A DNA stretch of 64,000 nt from Candidatus Caldarchaeum sp. (GTDB lineage: Archaea; Thermoproteota; Nitrososphaeria_A; Caldarchaeales; Caldarchaeaceae): assembly GCA_038844785.1 (NCBI GenBank), contig JAWBRA010000005.1, forward strand, positions 10,194 through 74,193, written 5' to 3'. The position numbers and the translations under genes are program-made. This document shows positions 1 through 9,659 of this stretch, in pieces (position 1 is the stretch's first letter; every line of letters begins with the position of its first letter). The notes under the pieces were generated by a model. It saw only the letters and a list, made by a program, of their open reading frames with translations. It ran no database searches and was not told where the DNA came from.

Positions 1-1
1 A

Positions 2-379
2 GCTTTATGGGATGAGGTGAGCGACAGGCTTGACGCACCGGCTTACTCGCTTTCCGGAGGACAGCAGCAAAGGCTTTGCATAGCCAGGGCGCTGGCGGTA
101 GACCCCGAGGTCATACTGCTCGACGAGCCGACAGTCTCCCTAGACCCTATCTCCACGGCAAAGATAGAGCAGCTTCTCCGCAACATCTCAAGCAGCTACA
201 CAATAATCATCGTAACCCACAACATGCTGCAGGCTGCAAGAGTCTCAGACTACACGGCTGTCCTCATGCCCGACGAAAACATGGTCGGCAGACTGATAGA
301 GTTCGGGCCGACGAAGGAGATATTCACGAACCCGCGTGACAGGAGGACAGAAGACTACATATCTGGAAGGGTGGGTTGA
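2..379 (+). CDS. pstB: Phosphate ABC transporter ATP-binding subunit, 5'-truncated by the window edge
   Basis: [15 protein letters not shown] signature, LLDEP Walker B, VTHN H-loop, C-terminal [10 protein letters not shown] typical of PstB; frame open from position 2; followed by phoU. Confidence 0.95.
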   Translation, partial: ALWDEVSDRLDAPAYSLSGGQQQRLCIARALAVDPEVILLDEPTVSLDPISTAKIEQLLRNISSSYTIIIVTHNMLQAARVSDYTAVLMPDENMVGRLIEFGPTKEIFTNPRDRRTEDYISGRVG

Positions 380-386
380 GAAAGGT

Positions 387-1019
387 ATGCCGCGTCTGAT
401 GGACATAGGGCTTGAAAGGCTTGTCCACATGCTTAACGACATGGCTTCTCTGAGCATGAAAGCCGTCGAGCTGGCTGTCCAGAGCTTCATAAAAGAAGTC
501 AACATGCAGGAAGAAGTTTTCCAGCTTTCGGAAAAGCTTCGATGGCTTCAGGACGAGGTTTCTGACCTAGCGGTTGAGCTCATAGCCCGGTACCAGCCCG
601 TTGCAAGCGACCTACGTTTTCTACGCTCCGCCATGGAGGTTGCCTACGGGTTTTCAAGGTTCGGCCGGTACGCGTACGACATATCGCAGATTATACCAAC
701 GTTCGGGGAGTTAAGTGATTGTGAGAAGAACCATGTTGCCGAAGTTAGCCAGGTTGTGAAGGAGATGCTGGAGATAAGCATCAAGAGCTTCATCGAGAAA
801 AAGGTTGATTTGGTGGAAAAGCTTGAACAGCTCGACTCCCTGATTGACAAGGCTTACAGAGACCATGTCGAGCGGAGCATCTCCCAGCCAGGGTCGAAAA
901 AATGCGACATGGCCACCATGCTTATTCTCCGATACCTAGAAAGAATAGCCGACCACGCCACCTACATAGGAGACTCTGTTGAATACATAGTGGAAGGTGT
1001 TAGAAGGCCGAGGAAGTAG
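387..1019 (+). CDS. phoU: Phosphate uptake regulator PhoU
   Basis: ARYQPVASDLR and LERIADHATYI PhoU motifs; ATG at 387 chosen just after the pstB stop. Confidence 0.93.
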   Translation: MPRLMDIGLERLVHMLNDMASLSMKAVELAVQSFIKEVNMQEEVFQLSEKLRWLQDEVSDLAVELIARYQPVASDLRFLRSAMEVAYGFSRFGRYAYDISQIIPTFGELSDCEKNHVAEVSQVVKEMLEISIKSFIEKKVDLVEKLEQLDSLIDKAYRDHVERSISQPGSKKCDMATMLILRYLERIADHATYIGDSVEYIVEGVRRPRK

Positions 1020-1024
1020 CTATT

Positions 1025-1408
1025 ATGCCTCCGAAGAAGGTGGTCATCGAAAAACAGTGTGCCGGCCTTCTCCTCGCCATGGCCAGGGAGGTTCATCCCA
1101 ACGAGGTTATAGCGCTTCTCCACGGCAGTGTTGAAAAGGATGTCATAAGGGTAAGGGAGGTGTATTTAGCTCCTCAGTCGATATACGGCGAAGGCTTCTC
1201 CTCTTTCAACCCATACGCTCTGCCGATAGACCTATCCTATGTCGGGATAGCGCATTCTCATCCTTCTGGTGCAGGAGAACCATCTCTCGAAGACCTTCAC
1301 AACTTCACTGGAAGAATAATGTTAATACTGACAGCTCCTTACAAAGACTCGAGAGACATACATGTCTTTGACGCTGAGGGCAGAAGAATCGCCTTTGAGA
1401 TAGTCTAA
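1025..1408 (+). CDS. JAMM/MPN+ (Mov34) metalloisopeptidase
   Basis: HPNE...HSHPSGAGEPSLED matches the E-xn-HSHP-x6-S-xx-D JAMM motif. Confidence 0.88.
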   Translation: MPPKKVVIEKQCAGLLLAMAREVHPNEVIALLHGSVEKDVIRVREVYLAPQSIYGEGFSSFNPYALPIDLSYVGIAHSHPSGAGEPSLEDLHNFTGRIMLILTAPYKDSRDIHVFDAEGRRIAFEIV

Positions 1409-2085
1409 CGTGTTAACGCTGAGCACATTTCTCTCAAAAGCTTTTCCGGATTGCTGCTTTTCACGTAGGCGCTTGAAAGCAGCACTCCCTCCACGCCGAG
1501 CATAACAGCCTTTTTTACATCCTCCGCCGTTGAAACACCTGCTCCGCACAGCACGATGACGTCTGGGCTGACAGACCTAACCTTCTCAACAGCCTCGGAG
1601 ACAACCTCAGGCTTCACCTGCGACACGGACATTCCAGTGCCTATTAGCTCCGGAGGCTCCACAGCCACCGCATCCGGTTTCATCGACGCTGCTGCAACAG
1701 CGGCTGCAACGTCATCCGCACAAACCACGGACAGCATGTCATTCTGTCTAAGTCTCGCCACGGACAACGCAAGGTCGGAGAGCTTCATCCTTCTCTCGGA
1801 GTGGTTGAGCAGAGACCCGGCCACGCCAATAGTCTTCAAGGCCTCCGCAACTATCGAGCCTGTGAATGGCCCTGGTTGATAGGGGTCGCAGTGCTGGGCT
1901 AGGACAGGGATTGAAACATTCTTCACGACTTTCTCTAGTTCCGTGTAGGTCGGGCATACGGCCAGCTGAACACCTGTCTCAGACGAGACTTTGTCGGCGA
2001 TCTTCGCCAGTTCAAGCCCTTGACTCCCCAAGGCCTCCTTGAAGGATTTGAAATTCAGGATGATGATGGGTGTCTTGAATCTCAT
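1405..2085 (-). CDS. tpiA: Triosephosphate isomerase, archaeal type
   Basis: NFK, LLNHSERR, AVEPPELIGTG and CGAGV motifs. Confidence 0.96.
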   Translation of the reverse strand: MRFKTPIIILNFKSFKEALGSQGLELAKIADKVSSETGVQLAVCPTYTELEKVVKNVSIPVLAQHCDPYQPGPFTGSIVAEALKTIGVAGSLLNHSERRMKLSDLALSVARLRQNDMLSVVCADDVAAAVAAASMKPDAVAVEPPELIGTGMSVSQVKPEVVSEAVEKVRSVSPDVIVLCGAGVSTAEDVKKAVMLGVEGVLLSSAYVKSSNPEKLLREMCSALTR

Positions 2086-2158
2086 GTAACGTGTCAGCTA
2101 TGCCATGTTTTAAACGATATCGGTATAAGTAGCGGCTAACAAAACCTAGTGCGAGGAG

Positions 2159-3535
2159 ATGGTAAAGGACGAGGTTATTCCATATCTTGGACACCACACC
2201 CCGAAAGATATTGCGGAAATGCTTTCGGCGATAGGTGTCAGCGACCCCTTACAACTCTATTCAGACATTCCTTCAAAATACATTTTACAGAAGCCTCCGG
2301 ACATCGGGCCTCCTCTCTCAGAGCAGGAGGTCGTTGAGAGGATTAGAAAGATTCTGGAGGAAAACCGTCGTGGCCTGCGGCTTTTCGTCGGGGGAGGCGT
2401 TTGGCCCCATTACATTCCTGCAGCTGTCAAAGAAATTGTCTCGAGGACGGAGTTTTTGACGAGCTACACGCCATACCAGCCAGAGGCATCACAGGGCATG
2501 TTAACCGCTCTCTTCGAATTTCAAAGCCTGGCTGCAGAGCTTTACGGAGTGGACGTAGTCAACTCCTCGATGTACGATTGGGCGACGGCTTTGGGAGAAG
2601 CTTTCCGAATGGCTTACAAGTATACCGGGAAAAGAAAGGTTATAGCAGCTGGTTTCTGCAGCCCAGACCGTTTGAAAGTCGCACAGACATACATTAAGCC
2701 CTTAGGGATGGAGGTTGTGAAAGCACCGATGGACCGTAAGGCGATGATTGACGAAGAGTTCCTCAAATCAAACATAGACGGCGACACCGCTGCAGTCTAC
2801 GTGGAAAACCCATGCTTTCTTGGCGCGGTTGTACGCAACGTGAAAGCAGCTGCAGAGATATCCCACGACTCAGGAGCGCTTTACATCGTGGGAGCTGAGC
2901 CCACATCACTAGGCCTATTGACGCCACCCGGCTCATACGGAGCAGACATCGTGGTAGGGGAGGGCCAGCCTCTGGGTCTGCCCATGAGCTTCGGAGGCCC
3001 CTTGCTAGGTATTTTGGGATGCGTTTTCGACAGAAAGCTTCTCCACACGATGCCCGGCCGGCTTGTTGGGATGACCGAAACTTTGAAGGACAGGAAGCGG
3101 GCTTTCACCATGGTGCTGAGGGCTAGAGAGCAGGACATAAAAAGGGAGAAAGCTACGTCAAACATATGCACCAACCAAGCTTTGTGTGCCGTCGCAGCAG
3201 CGGCATACCTTTCGCTTCTCGGGAAAAACGGACTTAAACGTCTCGCCAGACACATATTCGACAAGACAGCCTACTTTATAGACCGGCTGTCCACCGTTGA
3301 AAACCTTAAAACACCTTTGTTAGAAGCGCCTCATTACATGGAGTTCAGCTACAGCGTCTCAAACATCGACCACGGGCTTATACTGAAGAAGCTTTTAGAG
3401 AAAAACATCGTCGGCGGGTTAAGACTGTTCGACATGTTTCCTAGCATAGGAGACGGCGTACTAACGTGTGTTACCGAGATCCACAGCAAAAAAGATATCG
3501 ACGAATACGTAAGCTATGTAAGGGAGGCGGTTTGA
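2159..3535 (+). CDS. gcvPA: Glycine dehydrogenase (decarboxylating) subunit 1
   Basis: TSYTPYQPEASQG, NSSMYD and REQDIKREKATSNICTNQAL motifs. Confidence 0.96.
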   Translation: MVKDEVIPYLGHHTPKDIAEMLSAIGVSDPLQLYSDIPSKYILQKPPDIGPPLSEQEVVERIRKILEENRRGLRLFVGGGVWPHYIPAAVKEIVSRTEFLTSYTPYQPEASQGMLTALFEFQSLAAELYGVDVVNSSMYDWATALGEAFRMAYKYTGKRKVIAAGFCSPDRLKVAQTYIKPLGMEVVKAPMDRKAMIDEEFLKSNIDGDTAAVYVENPCFLGAVVRNVKAAAEISHDSGALYIVGAEPTSLGLLTPPGSYGADIVVGEGQPLGLPMSFGGPLLGILGCVFDRKLLHTMPGRLVGMTETLKDRKRAFTMVLRAREQDIKREKATSNICTNQALCAVAAAAYLSLLGKNGLKRLARHIFDKTAYFIDRLSTVENLKTPLLEAPHYMEFSYSVSNIDHGLILKKLLEKNIVGGLRLFDMFPSIGDGVLTCVTEIHSKKDIDEYVSYVREAV

Positions 3536-5052
3536 TGTTTAGACAGGCTTCATGGGATGAAAAGCTAGTTTACGAGATTTCCAAGCATGGCGTTCAAGGG
3601 TTCAGCCCTCCACACACAGAGGACGAAATCCAGCAGGCGGGCAACAAGATGATTGAAAACCTGCCGAAAGAGCTGTTGAGAGAAGACCTCCCGCTGCCTG
3701 AGCTCTCGGAGCCGCAGGTTGTGAGACACTTCACCAGGCTCAGCCAGATGAACTTCAGCATCTCAACATCATTCTACCCTTTGGGTAGCTGCACGATGAA
3801 GTACAACCCAGCCGTAAACAACCAATTAGCATGGTTAGAGGAGGTTGTGAACGCGCATCCGCTGCAGCCTCCGGAAACCGTTCAGGGATGTTTAGAGCTG
3901 CTTTACAACCTTGAAGCCGCTCTCAAGGAGATTACGGGTATGGATGCTTTCTGCCTAGCTCCTGCCGCAGGCGCCCACGGAGAACTTGTCGGCTGCCTCA
4001 TAATGAGAGCCTACCACATGGATAGGGAGGGGAGGCCGAGGAAGAAGATAATAGTGCCTGATTCGGCGCATGGGACGAACCCTGCAAGCGCAGGCATGGC
4101 CGGTTTCGAAGTTGAGGTTGTAAAAACAAGGAGCGATGGATGTCTAGATCTCGACACCTTCGAAAAGATGGTTGACGGCGATGTCGCGGGGATAATGCTT
4201 ACAAACCCCAACACATTAGGCCTTTTTGAAAAAGACATCGAAACCATTGTGAAGATAATGCATTCAAACGACTCGCTTCTCTACTATGACGGGGCAAACC
4301 TTAACGCGATAATGGGAGTGGTCAGGCCTGGAGACATGGGGTTTGACATCATACATCTAAACCTCCATAAAACGTTCTCAACCCCCCACGGCGGCGGGGG
4401 ACCGGGAGCCGGGCCAGTGGGCGTTGTGGCCAAACTCTCCAAATATTTACCGCCTCCACGGATAGTCAGGAATAGAAACGGCGCGTTCGAGCTTGTTGCC
4501 GACGTGGAGAACGGGGTTGGTCCTGTCAAAATGTTTTACGGAAATTTCGGCGTACTTGTCAGAGCATACGCCTACATACTGTCGATGGGGGGTGAGGGTT
4601 TGAGGAGGGCGGCAGTTACCTCGGTAATCGCCTCAAACTACATGCTGTCAAAGATATCCAAGCTGCGTGGGGTCAGCATACCATACGACCCTGCAAGACC
4701 CCGAAAACACGAGTTTGTCATAAGCTTGTCAAGACTCAGGAAGGAAACAGGCCTAGGAGCTTTAGAAGTTGCCAAACGTCTTCTAGACTACGGCTTCCAC
4801 GCGCCAACAATATACTTCCCCCTCATCGTTGAAGAGGCTTTCATGGTTGAGCCCACTGAGACCGAGGCTAAGGAAACGCTCGACAGCTACGTCGAGGCTT
4901 TTGCGAAAGTCATCGAAGAATGCTACAGCAGCCCGGAAGTTGTCAGGACAGCACCCCACAACACGTCTGTTGGAAGAGTGAATGAAGCGAAAGCTTCACA
5001 TCCGTTATCCCTAACGCCGACTTGGAAAACGCTGCGGAGGAGGCGAGAGTGA
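3535..5052 (+). CDS. gcvPB: Glycine dehydrogenase (decarboxylating) subunit 2
   Basis: YPLGSCTMKYNP and HLNLHKTFSTPHGGGGPG PLP-lysine motif; ATG at 3535 overlaps the gcvPA TGA. Confidence 0.96.
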   Translation: MFRQASWDEKLVYEISKHGVQGFSPPHTEDEIQQAGNKMIENLPKELLREDLPLPELSEPQVVRHFTRLSQMNFSISTSFYPLGSCTMKYNPAVNNQLAWLEEVVNAHPLQPPETVQGCLELLYNLEAALKEITGMDAFCLAPAAGAHGELVGCLIMRAYHMDREGRPRKKIIVPDSAHGTNPASAGMAGFEVEVVKTRSDGCLDLDTFEKMVDGDVAGIMLTNPNTLGLFEKDIETIVKIMHSNDSLLYYDGANLNAIMGVVRPGDMGFDIIHLNLHKTFSTPHGGGGPGAGPVGVVAKLSKYLPPPRIVRNRNGAFELVADVENGVGPVKMFYGNFGVLVRAYAYILSMGGEGLRRAAVTSVIASNYMLSKISKLRGVSIPYDPARPRKHEFVISLSRLRKETGLGALEVAKRLLDYGFHAPTIYFPLIVEEAFMVEPTETEAKETLDSYVEAFAKVIEECYSSPEVVRTAPHNTSVGRVNEAKASHPLSLTPTWKTLRRRRE

Positions 5053-6140
5053 AAGAGATACCGCTTCTAAAACACCACCTGTCGTCTCCTAAAGTTGAAG
5101 CGGGAGAGTTCGCCGGATGGAAGACCATCATATCTTTCACGACGGTTAGGGAAGAGCATAGAGCTGTTAGGGAAAAAGCCGGTATCTTCGACATAAGTCA
5201 CATGACACGTGTCAAGTTGTCTGGACCGGGTGCGACATCATTACTTCAGAAGGTCGTGACAGCAGACGTTGATAAGCTCAAACCCGGGAGAATGAAGTAC
5301 GCTTTAATCCTGAACGAACAGGCTGGAATAATCGACGACGTCACAGTCTTCAAGGTTTCGGAGAACAGCTATGTGATGGTCTCAAACGCAGTCACAAGGA
5401 CTAGGGTCTTGGAATGGCTTAGTGAAAACGCTGGAGAAAACGTACATGTCGAGGACTTCACCGACTCCTCTGCGTTTTTCGCAGTCCAGGGCCCTAAAGC
5501 TGTTGAATTTGTCTCCAAGTTTTTCGGTAAAGATTTCACCCCGTTTAAATGGTTCAGCGGCGAGTTTGCAACGGTCGACGGCTGCCAGATTCTCGTGACG
5601 CGAAGCGGCTACACAGGCGGCGACGGGTTTGAGCTAATCATACCGTGCGGCGGCCCATCCTTCTACGGAAGGGTCTGGGACAGGTTTGTTGAGGAAGGGG
5701 TTCAGCCGTGCGGCCTTGCATGCAGAGATATCTGCAGGATCGAAGCAGGATATCTCCTCTCTGGACAGGACTTCGACGAGTCTAAGTCGCCTCTAGAGAC
5801 GAAGCTTATGTGGGCAGTCAACTTAGAAAAGCCCGGGTTCATAGGCAAGCAAGCCCTCGAGAATAAGCTGATAGCCAAGCTGGAAAAAGTGGTTACGCTT
5901 CTTGAGATGGTTGAGCCCGGTGTTCCAAGACATGGATACCCGTTGGTGGATGAAAGCGGGAGAAAAGTTGGCGAAGTAACCAGCGGCGGGGTCATACCTT
6001 CGACGGGTAAGGCGGCGGCGATAGGATACGTCGTGCCAGAGCTCTCCCAAGAAGGGTGTGAGGTTTTCGTAGACATAAGAGGGAAGATTAGAAAGGCTAG
6101 GGTGAGAACAAGGCCATTCATAACGTTTACAAAACCTTAG
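5049..6140 (+). CDS. gcvT: Glycine cleavage system aminomethyltransferase T
   Basis: IFDISHM, TRSGYTGGDGFE and RIEAGY motifs; GTG at 5049 overlaps the gcvPB stop. Confidence 0.95.
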   Translation: MKEIPLLKHHLSSPKVEAGEFAGWKTIISFTTVREEHRAVREKAGIFDISHMTRVKLSGPGATSLLQKVVTADVDKLKPGRMKYALILNEQAGIIDDVTVFKVSENSYVMVSNAVTRTRVLEWLSENAGENVHVEDFTDSSAFFAVQGPKAVEFVSKFFGKDFTPFKWFSGEFATVDGCQILVTRSGYTGGDGFELIIPCGGPSFYGRVWDRFVEEGVQPCGLACRDICRIEAGYLLSGQDFDESKSPLETKLMWAVNLEKPGFIGKQALENKLIAKLEKVVTLLEMVEPGVPRHGYPLVDESGRKVGEVTSGGVIPSTGKAAAIGYVVPELSQEGCEVFVDIRGKIRKARVRTRPFITFTKP

Positions 6141-6924
6141 CGAACCTGCTGAGCTGTTCTCTGCATAAATCCAGCGGATAACCCACCAGAACATCTACAC
6201 CGCTTTCACTCATGCGGCTAACTTTTTGACGAATTTTATGAAGACCGCCTGTCATGCTGAATGCTTCGACTGCATCCCAGAATCCCATCGAGACCCTACG
6301 TCTGGAAACGTATGCTTGCAGCTTTTCCTTAACCTCTCCGTCCATAGTTTCAGCTATGTGGAAAGGAGCGTAAACACCTTTCTGGACACCGTCACCTTGA
6401 TACAGCTTCAACTCTTGGTAAAGGTTGGGGTTCATCAGCACTAACGGCGTGGCCCGGTAGAGTTTAGATGCTTTTGCAGCGGTTTTGACAAGGTTTTCAG
6501 AGCCAACCATGAGCGGTAGCTCGCCGGCAACAGCTCGGAAGTCGGCGGAAGCTTCCAGTATTGGCTTTCCAGGCTTAACCCTCAGCCCGTCCTCGTTCAA
6601 GTAAGCTGGGTTTCCGGCAACCAAGCATACCCCGCCAACCCCATGCTGTGAAACCACTTCAAGAAACTCCTTAAACCTGTCGGCGAAATCACCTCTCCTG
6701 ACGGGAATTGTCAAGATGGGCATGCAGTGGAACAGCTCTCGACACCATCGGAGAATCATGTCGTAATCGCTTATCGACAGATCATCCACCGACTTTTCAG
6801 AATCTAACACGAGATATGAATAGCCCAGGTTGTCCAGCGTTTTGAGAAGATGGAATAGCTTCTCCAGCTTACGTTCATTCAGGATGGAGGGCTTAACAGC
6901 CGCGCCCAGCTGGAAGACATCCAC
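6127..6924 (-). CDS. Uncharacterised TIM-barrel-like oxidoreductase with MetF-like and LLM/Mer-like segments
   Basis: Long ORF; PILTIPVRR...GVGGVCLVAGNP resembles MetF and the C-terminal FSMTGGLHKIRQKVSRMSESGVD resembles LLM/Mer; GTG start at 6924 is uncertain. Confidence 0.45.
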   Translation of the reverse strand: MDVFQLGAAVKPSILNERKLEKLFHLLKTLDNLGYSYLVLDSEKSVDDLSISDYDMILRWCRELFHCMPILTIPVRRGDFADRFKEFLEVVSQHGVGGVCLVAGNPAYLNEDGLRVKPGKPILEASADFRAVAGELPLMVGSENLVKTAAKASKLYRATPLVLMNPNLYQELKLYQGDGVQKGVYAPFHIAETMDGEVKEKLQAYVSRRRVSMGFWDAVEAFSMTGGLHKIRQKVSRMSESGVDVLVGYPLDLCREQLSRFAKVL

Positions 6925-7035
6925 CCTTCTGGAAAACGTCCACCTCCTGCCACCGCCGACACCTTGGCGGAACCGTGTCTGCAACAATATATAAGCATTA
7001 ATTAACTCGTTGGACATAAATAAACGGACTAGACA

Positions 7036-8394
7036 TTGCGGGAGGAAGATCTCGAGAGAGCCATTTTGGAGGCCAACAACGCGCTCACCAAGGATGAACT
7101 GGAGAGAATGGTTCAAGCCAAGCTGAAGACCTCACCCTTTCTCACACGGCTTGGAGCCCTCCTTATCATCCTTGAGGAGCAGAGACTTGCCGCCGAATTT
7201 CTTAAACAAAGGGATTATGGCTTCACGAAAATCTCAAGCTTAACCACAGGCATTCAGAGCGTCAGCGTGGTTGGAAGGACGTTGGGTTCGAGGATTGTTG
7301 TAGGCGTGGATGGGAAGCCTTCCTTAAGGCTGAGGCTCTGGGATGGAACAGCCGCGATCGACGTAATTGTCTGGGAGAACTTCGACAGACTCACACCGCT
7401 CCAGCTGGGCGATGTGGTGGCTGTACGTAACGGATATGTTTCCTCATCACGGCCCGGTCAGGAAATCCTCCTACAAGCTGGTTCAAAGTCGAGGGTGGAA
7501 AAAATGAGCAAATACGAGGGTCTGCCACCAGTCGATAAAGCGTTGTTTAAGCTCCCGAACGAGTCTCGAGACAAGGCTGGGAAGAGGGATGTCTACGCTG
7601 TAGTGGTTCTCAACACGGGTGTTAAGAAGACGAGTAACGGCACCGATGTATGCGAGCTTGTTGTAACCGACGGAGACAGGGAGTCTTTGCTCATAGCTTG
7701 GAGGGAGTGGGCTAATTATTTCTCAAGCGTTGCTGAGGGACAGAGTTTCTTCGCCGCATCTGTCGAGGTGAAGAACGGCGAGCTTTTCACAGCCAAAAGC
7801 ACCATCATCACATTGGCAGGGAAGGATGATGATCTGCTGTCAAAAGCGTGGCAACGAGGTCAGACAGGCCTTCGTGTCAAGGTTTTGGGATTTGGTTTTG
7901 ACGGGCTTCCCGCAGTAACCGACGGAGTCAAAGTAATGAAAATGGCTTCGCCTGCCGTTGCTGACGCTGGAGAATGCACTGTTGTCGAAAAAGCCTTCGT
8001 CATCTATCGACGTGGCATACCCTACGTCTACGGAACAAAATCAACCCCAGCAGTATGCAGCATCGAAACACCGGAGCTCAAAAGATCAATAGAAGAGGTC
8101 CAGGGAAGGCTGGCGGAAGGTGTTATAGAATGCGTGATAGCTAGAAAAACGCCTGTAAGCGTTGTGAACACTAAATACGGACAGAAAAAGCTAACAGGCT
8201 TCTGGGTTAGCTTTGGGGGAAAGACCATCAGCTGCACAGCGTGGGGTAAGGCATCGGAACTCATAGAAAACCTAGCTGAGGGGGCAAACGTCAGATTCGC
8301 CTTCCCGAAGGTGGGGAAAAACAAGTTCGGCGACATCGAGCTTTCTGTTGACGAACTTTCCTTCATCGAAGTGTGTGAAAAACAAGTTAAATAG
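7036..8394 (+). CDS. Multi-OB-fold single-stranded DNA-binding protein (RPA-like)
   Basis: N-terminal helical segment then repeated OB-fold patterns (KISSL...SVVGR, LWDGTAAIDVIVW, ISCTAWG). Confidence 0.7.
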   Translation: MREEDLERAILEANNALTKDELERMVQAKLKTSPFLTRLGALLIILEEQRLAAEFLKQRDYGFTKISSLTTGIQSVSVVGRTLGSRIVVGVDGKPSLRLRLWDGTAAIDVIVWENFDRLTPLQLGDVVAVRNGYVSSSRPGQEILLQAGSKSRVEKMSKYEGLPPVDKALFKLPNESRDKAGKRDVYAVVVLNTGVKKTSNGTDVCELVVTDGDRESLLIAWREWANYFSSVAEGQSFFAASVEVKNGELFTAKSTIITLAGKDDDLLSKAWQRGQTGLRVKVLGFGFDGLPAVTDGVKVMKMASPAVADAGECTVVEKAFVIYRRGIPYVYGTKSTPAVCSIETPELKRSIEEVQGRLAEGVIECVIARKTPVSVVNTKYGQKKLTGFWVSFGGKTISCTAWGKASELIENLAEGANVRFAFPKVGKNKFGDIELSVDELSFIEVCEKQVK

Positions 8395-8426
8395 AGAACC
8401 TTTGTCAGCTCTTCCGGGACATCACA

Positions 8427-9659
8427 ATGCTGATAATCTGCCTCGTGAAGGGTGTTCCCGCCAGAACCACTCAAGTGGTAACAGTCTCGGGCGTGCTTAA
8501 GCGGGAGGAGATGGACCTTGTTCTAAACCCGCATGACGTAAAAGCAATTGAAGCCGCGTACTATGTCAAGAGGATGGTGGGTGGAAAAATCGTCGGCATA
8601 AGCATGGGTCCCGAGCCTAAGATAATGCCCATTATGAACGACTTGGCTGAGCCTAAGGAGGAGAGTTTTTACGTTCCAAGGATTTCGTTCGAAGGTTTTG
8701 ACGAAAGAATCATTCTCAGCGACAGGCGGATGGCTGGGGCTGATACATGGGCCACGTCATACACGCTGGCATGCGGGATAAGCCGTTACATCCAAAACCA
8801 TGTTGAAGCGGTTGACAAGCTTATAGAGGCTGTGAAAAACTCTAGCCCGGAAGAGGCTGCATCATTGGCGGAGAAGCTTTACATGGAAAACTTGTTGCCC
8901 AACTACATCTACTCAAAGCTACCGACTGTCAGGGCTACCTTGGTTGAAAGGTTCTTAAAAGGCGAGGTTGGCAAGGAGGCGGTTATCTCCGAGCTTCAAA
9001 AACACAGACAGAACATCACCAACTTCATAATTCTTACAGGCATGAAGACCAGCGACGGGGAAACAGGCAACACAGGTCCTCAGACAGCTGAAGCGTTGAG
9101 CGGCATGATGGGTAGGCTGATACCCAGCATAGCTTTCGTCAGAGAGTTTGAGATATCACCCGACGCCACCACCATCGTAGCCGTCAGAAAAATCGGCAAG
9201 ACTCTCCAAAAACTGCGTGTTTCGCCTCCATGCCTTCTTACGATAGACAGCCATTACGAGCCGAAAGTTCCTTACGCCTCTCTTCAAAGGAAAGTGAGGG
9301 CAAACAACTACATGGGCAAAATGAGAAAAACCCTTGTCTGGAACGCTGACCATATAGGAGCGGACCCAAACAAAATCGGCTTCATGGGCTCGCCAACCAT
9401 CGTCGGACCCGGATACGAAATAGGGAAACCGCCTTCTCAAAAGTTTGTAGGCGAAACGCTTGTCTTTAAACAGAACGTCGGCAAAATAGAATGGAATGGG
9501 AAAGCTTACGGGCCTTTCAACAAAGGTGACATGGCATCAAACCTTCCCGAAGATCTTTTGAGAAAGCTTAGAGAGGACGGTGTTATTGACTTCTTCAGCC
9601 TTGAAGACTTGGTTGAAGAAATTTTCGGAGGGATCAAGGTTGTCCACAGAGCTGTATAA
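8427..9659 (+). CDS. fixA: Electron transfer flavoprotein beta subunit (FixA-like), enlarged
   Basis: LNPHDVKAIEAA, SMGP, SDRRMAGADTWATS and GMKTSDGETGNTGP ETF-beta motifs. Confidence 0.9.
   Translation: MLIICLVKGVPARTTQVVTVSGVLKREEMDLVLNPHDVKAIEAAYYVKRMVGGKIVGISMGPEPKIMPIMNDLAEPKEESFYVPRISFEGFDERIILSDRRMAGADTWATSYTLACGISRYIQNHVEAVDKLIEAVKNSSPEEAASLAEKLYMENLLPNYIYSKLPTVRATLVERFLKGEVGKEAVISELQKHRQNITNFIILTGMKTSDGETGNTGPQTAEALSGMMGRLIPSIAFVREFEISPDATTIVAVRKIGKTLQKLRVSPPCLLTIDSHYEPKVPYASLQRKVRANNYMGKMRKTLVWNADHIGADPNKIGFMGSPTIVGPGYEIGKPPSQKFVGETLVFKQNVGKIEWNGKAYGPFNKGDMASNLPEDLLRKLREDGVIDFFSLEDLVEEIFGGIKVVHRAV

Noticed and set aside
1025-1408. JAMM protein as part of a ubiquitin-like operon
   Set aside because: No ubiquitin/SAMP, E1, E2 or RING gene is adjacent; it looks like the common stand-alone archaeal JAMM
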